The notes under the pieces are model-generated. The model had not been told where the DNA came from, ran no database searches, and was given only the letters and a program-made list of their open reading frames with translations. 64,000 nt of DNA from contig NW_003314265.1 in assembly GCF_000143415.4 (NCBI RefSeq), positions 3,654,443-3,718,442 of the forward strand, read 5' to 3'. This DNA comes from Selaginella moellendorffii (Eukaryota > Plantae > Lycopodiophyta). Position 1 is the first letter of the stretch, and the number at the start of each line of letters is the position of its first letter. Of the stretch, positions 12,801 through 26,288 are shown piece by piece. The position numbers and the translations under genes were made by a program.

Positions 12801-13149
12801 CTAGGATGGTGGACAAGTGCTAAGAAAAAATTAGAAGAATTCAGCCCATTTAAAGGTTTGTACAAATTTGTATGCTAAACTAATCATGCTAACTTTGCAT
12901 GTGGATGACTAAGTCTATTTTGTGGACAGATATGTGGCCTAAGCCTGGCTTGTTCTTGATCTGTTGCTAGTACTTGAGCTTGAGCCACTACTCAGTGCAG
13001 GAGTTCTTTGAGCACTTCCTGTCCATCGTACGTGAGTTTCTAGCTTTGCAAAGATTTCACGATCCTACTGAGCCATGATAACTAGTGGTCAAAGAGCACA
13101 TCATTTGAGCATGCACACTACAATCTGACTGCCGGAAGTGAACATCCAC

Positions 13150-13770
13150 CAGTGGGGCATCAAGCGCACTTATTAATGCATGGCGCTTTACGGAGCAGAG
13201 TGCTAGCCCCCAACTTAGTCGGAACTTGTGGAACAAACTGGAGGCCTCAAGAAACACTTCATTTGGCGTCTACAAAGCCCCTTATTCAATCCTTGTTCTC
13301 CACACAGCACTGGAATTCCTAGTGTGGAGACTCACATACATCTATAGCAGGTACCAACAAAAGCTGGCAGATGCCGCCATACAAGAGTTATAGGAGATGG
13401 CATATATTGGACGTGACAACCTCTTCAGGAATGGGGCCACATGGACAATATTCCTATGACAAAGGTTCGATGTGCATTCGGATATAACAACCTCACCCCC
13501 TTCCAAGGATTCTTCCGAGTTACCAAATGGGATGGCATCAACTGGTGGAGGAACTAGGATGCCACACTAAGCCTAAGATTTAAAGAGAGCTGAGAGAAAG
13601 TGGAGGACATGAACCACGTCGTGAATGACTGTCCGACATATAAACACCTCCAAAGGCCACCAATCCCATGTACAAGATGGATGATCCAACTGCCTGAATT
13701 CTTGCGGGAGGTGCAACTCACACACCAAGACCTAGTGGTGCATGCGCTCGTGGTCTTTACATCAACCACT
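13150..13770 (+). mobile_element. Degenerate non-LTR retrotransposon (LINE) ORF2 3' fragment
   Basis: Frameshifted LYGAEC...WNKLE...PYSIL...TGIPSVE and terminal zinc-knuckle remnant VEDMNHVVNDCPTY. Confidence 0.55.
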
Positions 13771-14390
13771 AGCACTTTGTATTGAGATGTCGCTTTTTTC
13801 TTCTTAGAATTCTGAAAACAGTAAGCTTAAACTTTGAACGACGGTAAAAGCATATTTCTCTTTCCTTCTTTTCTGTCTGTCGGTTGGTGGGTTGGAATTT
13901 ATGATTGCTACCGCTGGATTGAAAGGGACCATGCAGTTTTTTGTTACACAAGAACAATCAAACACCGAATTGTTTGGGTGGACGCCATTCAAAGGGCATT
14001 GACCCTTTCTTTCAATCTTTTCACGATACTTTTGTCTGGTTGGCGATTCTCTCCGACCTCTCTAATCTTTGCTTCCGAGATTGTCACCATCGATAGAATC
14101 TCTCTCTGTTACTGCGGCTTGGATTTATACACACCACCTCCGCTTAGGCCAAAAGCTCATTGTGTTGGCCTCGCGACGCCCGGGTTTGGCTGGCCAGCTC
14201 GGCCGCATTAAAGACGCTGCTGGCCAGGCGGAGCGAGGCTGTACCCTTCTCTGCCTGTTCTTCAATTCCCAACGCTACCTCCTTCATTCATTCCCCGCCT
14301 ATATCTTCTCGAGACATCCCACCGTGCCTCCCAGTGAGTGGCCTCTCTCCCTCCGGAGTGGCGAGAACAATCCACCCATCAGCTCGAGCT

Positions 14391-16494
14391 ATGGAGTCGG
14401 CCGCGGCGATCTCTCTCGCGCTTTCCTTCTACCTCCTCTTCCTCTCCTCCACTCTCGCAGAGTCGACCTCCCCAACTCGCCCACGTAATGGAGCCCATCC
14501 CAGTGGCACAAGTGAGTTGGAGCTCTCTCTTTTGAAGCAACGCGCTCTCTTGCAGCATTTCTAACAAGTGGTTTCTTACAGACCACAAGTACTCGTTCCT
14601 CAAGGATGCATCCCGATCGCCACCCGCCAAGCAATACGACTACATTATCGTGGGCGGCGGCGCCGCTGGCTGCGCCTTGGCCGCCACCCTCTCTGCCAAG
14701 CATTCGGTCCTCCTCCTGGAGCGCGGCGGCGTGCCTTACGGCGTCTCCACCATCGAGCGCGTCGACGGCTTCCACGTCAATCTCCTCGACTACGACAACT
14801 ACACGTCCGTGGCGCAGGGCTACCGCTCCGAGGACGGCGTGCTGAGCCACCGCGGCCGCGTCCTGGGCGGCGGCACGGCGCTCAATGCCGGCTTCTACAC
14901 GCGCGCTAGCCGCGCAGAGGTGGCCATGTTTGGCTGGGAGCCCGAGCTGGTCGAGCAGGGCTACCGCTGGGTGGAGGCGAAGGTGGCGTTCAAGCCCGTG
15001 GTGCCCGAGTGGCAGGCGGCGCTCAAGGCAGCCATGATCCAGTCCGGGGTGGTGCCTGACAATGGGTTCACGTACGAGCACCTCGTCGGCTCCAAGGTGG
15101 GCGGCACCATTTTCGATCCCCAGGGCAAGCGGCACACCGCTGCGGACCTCCTGGAGTACGCCACCCCGGCCAACACTCGCGTCCTCATCCACGCCACGGT
15201 GCACAAGGTCCTCTTTGATCCAGCCTCGGGTAAGTCTCGGACTCTCTTTCCTGGTCTCATGTCTGCGTCGATCTCGAATGCTTGCTCGACGGTCTTGAAT
15301 GTTTGCAGGAAGTACTAACATTAACTTTTCACGAGAGACGTGTTCTTTGTTCTTGCTGTGTGTAATGATGTTCGCCTTTAATGCCCCCATAACGTAGCTC
15401 ACCGCCACCTTTTGGGCATGCAGTCAAGTCCGGCAAACCGCGCGCCGTGGGCGTATCGTACACGGACAAGCTGGGCGGCTCCCACACCGCGACGCTGGCA
15501 CCGCGCGGCGAGGTGATCGTCTCCTCGGGTGCCGTGGGCAGCCCGCAGCTCCTCCAGCTGAGCGGCATCGGCCCAAAGTCGGAGCTCTCGGCGCTGGGCA
15601 TCCCGCTCGTTCTGGACCACCCCCAGGTTGGGCAAGCGATGGCGGACAACCCGAACAACGTCTTCTTCAGCGCCGGCTCCACGGAGCAGCCATACTCGCT
15701 CGTCAACGTCGCTGGCATCACCGAGTTCGGAAGCTACATCGAGGAGCTCAGCGCGGGGCAAAACACCACGGGCTTGATCCAGTGCTTCGTGCAGATGCTC
15801 AAGGACCCGGCCAAGCTCGTCAACCCGGCGTACCTGGAGCTCGTCCGCAGCCCCCCGGACTTCGTGCTCCCATATCTCCCGCAGCTCACGTACGTGGTCC
15901 AGAAGGTCTCGGGGCCCTTCTCCAAGGGGTTCTTGCGGCTCAAGACCACGGACGTGAGGGACAACCCGATCGTTCGCTACAATTACTACCAGCACCCGCG
16001 GGATCTGGCGGTGTGCGTCCAGGCGGTGAAGGTGATCAGCAAGACGGTGCGCGCGCCGGCATTCCACAAGTTTAGCTACCAGAAGGCGAGCCAGGTGCCG
16101 CAGAACCTGGCGTTCGTGCTCCAGGCGGCCAGCGGATTCATACCGCCGGCGGACACGTCCAACGACACCGCGCTGGCGCAGTACTGCGTGGATAGCGTGG
16201 TTACCATCTGGCACGCGCATGGTGGGTGCCTGGTTGGGGGCGTGGTGGACAAGGAGCACCGGGTGATCGGCACCGAGGCGCTGCGGGTGATCGACATCTC
16301 TACGTTCAACTCGACGCCGGGGGCCAATCCTCAGGCCACGGTGATGATGCTTGGGAGGTGAGAGCTAGAAGTTTGGGCGATGGTGTTCTTGGCTGATCTG
16401 GTTGCGTGCTTCTCTCTCTCTCAGGTACATGGGGCTGCGGATGATGCAACAGCGCAAGCAGGAGGAGCTGGAAGCGGCCGGGAGAGAACACTGA
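14391..16494 (+). CDS. GMC oxidoreductase, HOTHEAD / mandelonitrile lyase-like, secreted
   Basis: Signal peptide, YDYIIVGGGAAGCALAATLS (FAD binding), GRVLGGGTALNAGFY, GEVIVSSGAVGSPQLL, TIWHAHGGC, PGANPQATVMMLGRYMG. Four exons. Confidence 0.93.
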
Positions 16495-16888
16495 ATTGGC
16501 GAGTTAGGTGAGACGTGAGAGAGCGGAAGGATCTTGCAATTCGTCCGTCCGTGTAGCTCGCTCTGTATACTTGCTGGGTGTTTGAGCAGCTAATGGTTGA
16601 TTTGTGCCCATTCGAATGGAAAGAATTAGTCTCGGCTTTCTTTGTCCTTCGCTCTTGAGTGCGTTCTTGAGGAGGAATTGATTTCGCGAGCGAATTGTAC
16701 GCCTGGGCAGTGAGGAGACTGGAAAAAGTTAGAATTCAATCGAGAGGCTTGCTGTACAGGAATGATACAGACCACCCCATGTACTGTAATTCAAGTGGGA
16801 GTAGCCAATTCTGTCAGGAAATGTCCTGGCGCCACGTGTTATTCGCTTTTCCTGTTTTATTTAGGGTTCTTGGCATTGGATCGCGGCC

Positions 16889-18186
16889 ATGGCCGCTGGA
16901 TCATCGCGGCAGCAGCAGCAGCAGCAGGACACGGTGGTGCCGCCCTATGTGAAGGCGCTGTCGGGATCGCTGGGCGGCATTGTGGAGGCGAGCTGCCTCC
17001 AGCCGATCGATGTGATCAAGACGAGGCTGCAGCTGGACACCGCGAGGCAGTACAGGGGGATCGCCAACTGCGGCGTCACGATCGTCAGGAGCGAGGGCGT
17101 GCGGGCGCTGTGGAAGGGATTGACGCCCTTCGCCACGCATCTGACGCTCAAGTACACGCTGCGAATGGGGACCAACGCGCTGCTCCAGACGTTTCTGGCC
17201 GATTCCGACACGGGCAAGCTCAGCTCCGCGGCGAGGCTGGCCTCGGGATTTGGAGCTGGAGTGCTGGAAGCGCTCGTTATCGTCACACCATTCGAGGTTA
17301 GTCGCTCTCTCTTTGTTTTCTTCTTGCTTTGTTTTTTCTCCTGTCGTGAAAGAGCGTGAGTTCCTTGCGTTTTCCTCACTGCTAGTGGCAAGGATGTGAA
17401 TTGTAGCTGCTAGTTTGTGTGTAGATTGTGCTTGATTCGTCCTCCATTCTTTTTGTTCTTGGCTGGTCAGTAACTTTCGGTGTTCCCGGTAGAAGTCCCT
17501 TCGACGAACGATCATTGCTTGAGCTTTTCTGTTATCCTCGCAATTCTTGGAGAGCTTCGTGATACTTGGTGTCGAAAATACGTGAGTTCCTAGTGATCTC
17601 ATCGTTTCTTTTGACTTCCATGCGTGATCTACAGGTGGTGAAGATCAGGCTCCAGCAGCAGCGAGGCCTCAGCCGTGACAAGCTCCTGTACAAGGGCCCG
17701 ATCCACTGCGCTGGAACGATCATCCAGCAAGAGGGGATCCTGGGCCTCTGGTCGGGGGCTCTCCCCACCGTGATGCGCAACGGGATCAACCAGGCCGCCA
17801 TGTTCACCGCCAAGAACACCTTCGACTCCATGCTGTGGAAGAAGCACGAAGGCGACGGACGAACTCTACAACCTTGGCAGTCCATGGCGTCGGGATTCCT
17901 GGCCGGGTGCGTCGGCCCCGTTTGCACGGGGCCTTTCGACGTTGTCAAGACGCGGCTCATGGCGCAGAGCAGGAAGAATCCAAAGTACTCTGGGATGTTT
18001 CACGCGATCGCCACCATTCGAGCCGAGGAAGGCGTGCTCGCGCTGTGGAAGGGCCTGCTGCCCAGGCTGATGAGAATTCCTCCCGGGCAAGCGATTATGT
18101 GGGCAGTCGCGGACCAGATCACCGGTTTGTACGAGCGAAAGTTCGTCCTGCCGTCGCCATCGTCGACGTCGAATGGAGTGATCTGA
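16889..18186 (+). CDS. SFC1: Mitochondrial succinate-fumarate carrier (2 exons)
   Basis: Carrier signatures PIDVIKTRLQ, PFEVVKIRLQ, PFDVVKTRLM, plus LPRLMRIPPGQAI. Confidence 0.9.
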
Positions 18187-18689
18187 TATGATCTGGAGGA
18201 GTCCAAGAGAAAGAACTCAGAGAAGTAGAAACTTTGATCGATCGAGAGGCTAGAAACTCCAAGGAGCCAGGCTTACGTTCTCGTGTAAGTCGTTTTTTGT
18301 TCTAAAACATTGAATAACTTGAAGCTTTCTTACATGTAATGTGCATTGTATGCGGGTTTTTAGGGTTCTTGATGGCGAGCGCGAGCTTCGTGATTGCTGC
18401 GCCTCTCCAATGCGGCGTCTCTCATTGCTCCGGGCAGAGGCGCAGGAGGATCACTGCGTTCGTGAGATGCTGCTGGAAGGAAGTCGTGGATTCTTCATCT
18501 GGAAAGGTATTGTATCGCGTTCTAAGTCTATGCTCTTAGTCTGTGAGCTTTTCGTGCATGCAGCCTTACTACTGGAATATCGAAACGAATGAGACGAGAT
18601 GGAATTTGCCAAGTTTTCCTGAGGAGCCTCTTACTCCTGTTCTTGCGGAAGAGGAGCTCACGGCGATTTTGCTCGCGGCCGACACTGAT

Positions 18690-19217
18690 AAATTTGGGGA
18701 CATTGCGAACAACTACAGGTAGGAAGCTTTCCTGTTGAAAAGTAGAATAAAAGATTTTAATTCTGTTCTTGTCAGGCCTCAATGCTTTGAGCTAAGCTAC
18801 TTCGATTATCTGACTGCCAGAATCGAAGCCAGCAAAGACAGTGAATCCAAGTCTGCGAATTCTCGTTTACAAGATTTTCTTGGATCTTCTAACCTTCGTT
18901 CATTTTGTTTTACAGGCTAGCTTTGGAACGATTGCGTGCAAGGCTGTCCAATCCTTTGCTGAAGAATCCTCCGCCATGGGCTTAATAAGCTGGCCAAAGC
19001 TGGTGAGTTTTGGTCTCACCAGAATAATTCAGTGCATAATCGATCGTTTAAAAGATTTTCTTGGATCTTCTAGCCTTCATTGATTTTGTTTTACAGGCTA
19101 GTTTTGGAATTTGGACATTGCGAACAACTACAGGTAGGAATATTTCCTGTTGAGAATAAAAGAATTTACTTCTGTTCTTGTCAGGCGTCAATGCTTTGAG
19201 CTAAGCTACTTCGATTA
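18690..19217 (+). repeat. Shuffled direct duplications (A-B...B'-A') of intron/exon-like segments in a gene remnant
   Basis: About 18691-18808 matches about 19108-19217, and about 18863-18928 matches about 19044-19109. Confidence 0.75.
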
Positions 19218-20078
19218 CAATCTTACATCATCAAGCATTCAATCCAAGGCAATCAATTCCGGAGATACCTGGAGATTTCATCTGAATGTGTATGATTTGA
19301 TAACGTTGAGAGGAAGTTACCTTCAGGTTACCTTGAATCACCTCTTCAATTACTGTTGCCACAATAGCACTCAAAGAAGCTATCTGGCTCAAAGCTCAAG
19401 ACGTTGCTCAAAGGGTTGTCCAAGAGAATCCAAGTGACGTGCTTCATTTTATTCATGAACAATGAGAATAGTAGAGTTGGCCACCAGCACATTCGCATGA
19501 CTTCCTATTGAAGAAAGCAAGTGTCGCAAGCTCAACTTGTTCATTGAAAGTTGTGGCAAGATGCGGCAACTTGTTCAGCTAATTCAACCAATTCATGTAC
19601 TCACTGAATTATTTTTTGATTTTCCGCTGGCTTTCATAGTCTTTATGGGAGCTCGTGGCACAAACAGGAGTTTGTTGAGTTGCTGCTCAAGAGTCGGCCC
19701 TTGCACAGAAGTTGGCTGCTGCTCGAGCAGCAAGAGCTGCGGTGGCTGCTGCTTGGGTGTAGGGGGAAGTAATGGTTGCGCCAATGTGCTTTCAAGTATG
19801 TATCCTCGAGCGGGCAAGAGTCGTTTAAGTAGCTGGCGCATGTCTCTTTACCTCCTCGACCACAAAGCGTCGCTGTAATCTGTGCTTTGTGATCTAGGCT
19901 TCGTCTTATCCTTCTACCACAAGACAAGGTCAAAAGGAAGATTAACAAGGTGGTGCATACGTGCCATCTACTGCGACGACCAAAAAGCTTTACCTGCTTT
20001 CTAGAGCCCTAAGACGTGCATTTATAGTTTCCCATGAAATGAAACCATGGCTGAAAAAAAAAAATGCTGCTTGACAAC

Positions 20079-20150
20079 AGGTCCTACCGAGACTTGAACT
20101 CGGGCTACTGGATTCAGAGTCCAGTGTCCTTACCACTAGACCATAGGACC
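20079..20150 (-). tRNA. trnQ-CUG: tRNA-Gln (anticodon CUG)
   Basis: GGTCCTATGGTCTAGTGGTAAGGACACTGGACTCTGAATCCAGTAGCCCGAGTTCAAGTCTCGGTAGGACCT folds into a cloverleaf. A and B boxes present, with a downstream T-run Pol III terminator (A11 at 20054-20064 on +). Confidence 0.96.
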
Positions 20151-20272
20151 ATCTTCTTTGTAAAGGACTTGCTCTACTCAGGAATATTGAAATGTCTGTT
20201 GGATTGCATAGATTCTAGACTTACAAAACAACGCAAACAAGCGTTAAATGTGTGATTCGAAAACCCGATCTA

Positions 20273-21531
20273 TCAAAGCTTGTATTCCGAGACTCGCATC
20301 CACTTGGTGGCGGACCACTTGTCACCTTTGATCACCGGACACCCTCCTGGATGAAGCAAAAATTAAAAATAAAATAAAAATGGACGAAGCTCTTCAATAC
20401 TGCGATTAACTTGAAGGAAAGAAAGCTCACCGTGTAAGCTCGAGTGATCGAGCTGCGCGTCGGGTGACATGCTCCAAAACAGCAGCGCGTCTCCTCTCTT
20501 TGGCCGCACTGAAACCCCACGCCTCCCACACTCCGAGAGCTGATTATGCCATGGAAGCGAGCTCGAGTTCTTGGCCGATTTAGGGAACACAGTCTCGCCA
20601 CCTTCCTCCACATCCGTCCTGTTCTTTCCCAATAAGCATCACTTTGATGAATCAGAAACCATCTTCTCACACTTACAAGTACATGAGGAGCGTCGCTATT
20701 CTCTGGCCACCGTTTCTGGTGTTGACGGTGTCATAGAAGAAGTCGTGGTGAGCGTCGTACTTCTGGCCGGGTTCGTAGTGAAGAACCTGAATTCCCTCTC
20801 CATGATCTTCAAAGTGTAACAGTCAGCAAACCAAAGAACTGATCGGGAAAAGTGTGTTTACCCTTTGGAATGAATGTTAGCTTTGCAATCTTGTCCTCGA
20901 TCTCAGATATAACTCTGTCCTGTCCTCGGTTCAAGAACATCCCCGAGCTCGTCCGCACCCTGTGATATCCAGATTATTTCACTCGTTAAGGTGGAAAGCG
21001 TAGTAAGAACCTGCTATCGCGGCTTCCACCGGTTTGGCTATCCACAACAGTGGACTTTTGCATGAGGGGCATCGCGACTCGGATCAGATGGTCGCATTCA
21101 TCGTCGGTCTGTCAAGCATGATCACGTCTAAGAAACGAGCACAAAAAACCACTTTTCCGGATCGACTTACTAGAAAGTTGTGAACAAGGGAAGCTCGAGG
21201 CGTCCACGAGATAATCTCCGACCAAGGCTCATGCTTCCCTTCGCCAACCTCTTCTCTGAGAAAACACGAGAAAACGAGCCAATCAAAGGACTAGGTAGCG
21301 AGAAATTTCGCCTAAAAACACCCACATTTGTTCCAGTAAACGATCGGGTAGCCGCAGCGAGATGGAAGCGTCTGAGTGATTCAATCCCGCCGGAACGCCC
21401 ACAATTCCCACACCCACGAGGAGGAAGAGCGCCACGGACATGAGCGCCAGCGTCGCCAGCACTGCTGTGCACAAAGCCCTACCGCTGGCGCTACCGCTCC
21501 AGCGCCCTCGAATCCGGTCGCCTTTGGCCAT
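20273..21531 (-). CDS. P4H: Prolyl 4-hydroxylase (type II membrane-anchored), multi-exon
   Basis: N-terminal TM, VRTSSGMF, YDAHHDFF, RIATLLMYL, VEEGGETVFP, SLHGGCPVIKGDKWSATKW. Confidence 0.92.
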
Positions 21532-21745
21532 GCTCCCCGATCCAACCGCCAAGCCCTACTAACACTCACAGCTCCAGATCGCGCTCCCGATCCGTGGCGC
21601 CGACCGAATTCCGCGATCCATCCACCTTCGAAACCACGGCCGCGTTTCTATTAGGACGACCAAGCAAAGGAAACAAAACCAACGAGCGTTCGATTCTCCT
21701 TCATACACGTTGACTTTTCCGGAATAGTTGACCAGGTCAACGCTC

Positions 21746-22657
21746 TCAAGTATAGAGATCTCTCCACTCGCCGGGTTTTCTCGCGTCCCTGGTGATGAAA
21801 CTCTCTGGGAGGCTTCGATCCATCATCTGGGTGGAGAATTCCAGCGCCAGCCACTGCGCGAGGAGGCCTCCAAGGTGCGCGATCGCCTGGCTTGATCGAA
21901 CGAGTTTAGATCCTTGCATGTTCAAGCAAAAACTTCACCTGGAATGCGCAATCCTTCTCTCTCGAGACGAGGGCTCCGTCTTGGGGGCTCACGCGACGAA
22001 CTGGGACGAGGAGGATCACTCCGGGAGCTCCCATGACGCGCATGAGATGGACGAGACACGCCAGGAACTCGTCCTTGGGCTGGAGGTCTTGCGGGGCGTC
22101 GATGAGCTCCCCGAACATCTGGCTGCGAGCCGAGAGGTCGTCGTTGATGACGAGCTTGTGCGCGAGCCGGGCACCGGCGGTGTTGTGGCGGGAATCCACG
22201 CTCGGGAATGGCGCGGCGCTGGGGACGAAGATGGTGAAGCTCTCCTCGTCGGCTGGAGCGTTGTGGAAAATGTAGCGCAGGAGCTCGTGGGCGACGCAGG
22301 AATGGAGATGCGGTGGCGGCTCTTGCGCGAGGATGATCAAGGAAACCTAGAGTGGAACGAAAACGAGAATGGATCGATCGACAAACTTTTGCGTGAGAGC
22401 GTACCATTGGAACCTCCCCCTTGCTGTAATTCACGACTTCTAGGAGCACATTTCCATCGGGCAAGCCGTAGGAATCGAGAGATAGAGTGGCGTGCGAGAC
22501 ACTGCGCGATCAATTGGAGCGCGTGAGAAAGAGAAGCGCCTAGGCGCAATGCTTACGAGCGATCGAGCGAGGAGGATCCAAGCGCGCCAGCGATGCGTTG
22601 CCCAGTGCCAAGCCCGTCGGGATAGGCGACGAGCACGCTCTGTGCAAGAAACTTCAT
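21746..22657 (-). CDS. Proteasome biogenesis-associated chaperone PBAC5-like, 4 exons
   Basis: Spliced MKFLAQSV...LSLDSYGLPDG...DEFLACLVHLMRV...EWRDLYT*. The C-terminal HbYX motif (LYT) and W-R-x-L-Y-x ending match plant PBAC5 as recalled. Confidence 0.7.
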
Positions 22658-22699
22658 TAGAAGCCCAAAAGCCCTAGAGAATATGCCTTGAAGATGCCT

Positions 22700-22708
22700 A
22701 AACCCTAA
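22700..22708 (+). promoter_or_regulatory. Telo-box AAACCCTAA in the 69-bp interval between divergent ATGs
   Basis: Motif seen directly between ATG 22657 (-) and ATG 22727 (+). Confidence 0.55.
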
Positions 22709-22726
22709 ACCTTATCCCGCCCAGCG

Positions 22727-23086
22727 ATGTCGGAGGAGCAAGCGTCCAAGGTATGTGGTTTTCTGGCCTCTGCGAAATCGTTGGCGCTGCAATCTTTGCG
22801 TAGGCGCAGGTGCTGGAGGTTGCGTGCGCCGAGCTTGCGAGCCTTCCTTTTTCACGGGTACGCTGCTAAGTCGGCGAATTCTCGTCTCGTTATTCTCCCC
22901 CTTTCCAGGCGGTCTTCGTGAAGCGAGGCAACATTTTCTTCGCGTCTGATACCAAGGCTGCTCTGGAATCGCATAAAAGTGGGCGAGCTTTTAGTTCTTT
23001 CTTCTGGCTGACTTAAAGTTCTCTGTTCTTCTATAGAGGATCTTGCGACCATCAAAGCTAGCACCCAGAATCCTTCCACCAAGTGA
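22727..23086 (+). CDS. ASDURF-like small beta-prefoldin-like protein, 65 aa, 4 exons (22727-22750, 22804-22857, 22909-22978, 23037-23086)
   Basis: GT-AG introns with consistent phases give MSEEQASKAQVLEVACAELASLPFSRAVFVKRGNIFFASDTKAALESHKKDLATIKASTQNPSTK*. EL..L...R.V....NIFF.D is the ASDURF/beta-prefoldin hairpin motif. Confidence 0.75.
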
Positions 23087-23158
23087 AAGAAAACAGTGTA
23101 AGCAATGCTGCGTTTCCTACTCAATCCTTCTCTACTTGTTTTGGTTCTCTCCTCCCAG

Positions 23159-23987
23159 ATGTCTGCTCTAGGCGCGTATCCCCTCTCAAGCTCCTTCAGT
23201 AGCAACCTGGAAGTAGCATGGCGAAGAAAAACTCCACCGAGATCTCTGAAGCTCTCCCAGAGGAGAATGCACGTCGTGTCGGTGTTTCCGAGCCAGACCA
23301 GCGATCCTCCCGTGCCGAGCTCCGTCACCTACAAGCGCAGCGCCGTCCAGAGCCACTTCGAGTGCCAGACGACACTGGAGAACCTGGGACTCAAGCAGTT
23401 CTCGTCCAAGGTGTCGAGAACTCTCGCCACATCCATGGGAGTTTTGCCCGGCGGCGCCGACCCGGGAACCTCTACTCCAGTGGGAGTCTCATACGACGTC
23501 ACCAAAGATAAATCCGGAGACTTGAAGCTGAATGGAATCGTCAAGACTGCTGTTTGCGTGCTTTGTGACAGGTATGAATTGTTTCGTCTTTGCAACTTTG
23601 TTTGATCCTTCTTTTCCTGCAAACTCAAGGTGTCTGGCTCCTCATGCTACTCGAGTCTTCTCGCCTTTCAGCGTTCTTCTATCTCGGACTCCCGTGGAAG
23701 AGCCAACGGAGCCGTCCATCGGTGTGGTGCTCGGCGAGGAGCCGGAGCCCGGCGAGCCCGTGCTGGACATCGACCTGGACGACAAGTTCCACTTCCCGGA
23801 CGAGGTCAAGGTGATGGATCTCTCGTCTTATATCCGTGACACTGTCCATTTGGACGTCCCTTACTTCTCCATTTGTAGCTCCATCTGCAAGGGTCTGTGC
23901 ACGCGCTGTGGCCTCAATCTCAACACTTCCGAGTGTACTTGCCGTGACGATTCCACGGACGACGACGAGATCTCGGAGACCAAATGA
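23159..23987 (+). CDS. DUF177/YceD large rRNA accumulation protein (plastid-targeted), 2 exons
   Basis: Transit peptide, CVLCDRCLAP, MDLSSYIRDTVHL, CSSICKGLCTRCGLNLNTSECTC. Confidence 0.9.
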
Positions 23988-24166
23988 GGGAAATCGTAGA
24001 ATCTTTCGCTAGAAAACTCGGAAGAAGATCTGGATCGAGAAGAACTGTCTAGAGCAAACGATGTGGAACTTGAGCATCAAACAAAGAGAAAATTTTTTCG
24101 TGTTTGATGTAAAAGTACGAATTTTATTTTTCTCTATGCTTGTAGGTCGTAAAGCCGAGGAGAGGC

Positions 24167-25989
<1,823 letters not shown>

Positions 25990-26288
25990 AATGTATCAAT
26001 CTTTATTTTTAACCACAATAAACGTTATACTTTGTTAAAGCCATCTTTAGGGTATAATGTAGGCAGAAGATCTGGCTCATCCCTTGGTAAGAATCTCATC
26101 CCGGAGGCTCTTGGGCGGAGTTTCTCTGGAGTGGATAGCTCACTCAACCCATTTTGCGCGATGGAAATGCTTTCTTTCTTTCACATTCCTCCAAAACCTC
26201 TTGCGAGTCTCATTCTTAGCTCTCTAGCGGCAGCACAGGTAAGAAGTTCTTCGTTTCCTTGCGAAACTTAACTCGAGCCGTCTTCTAG

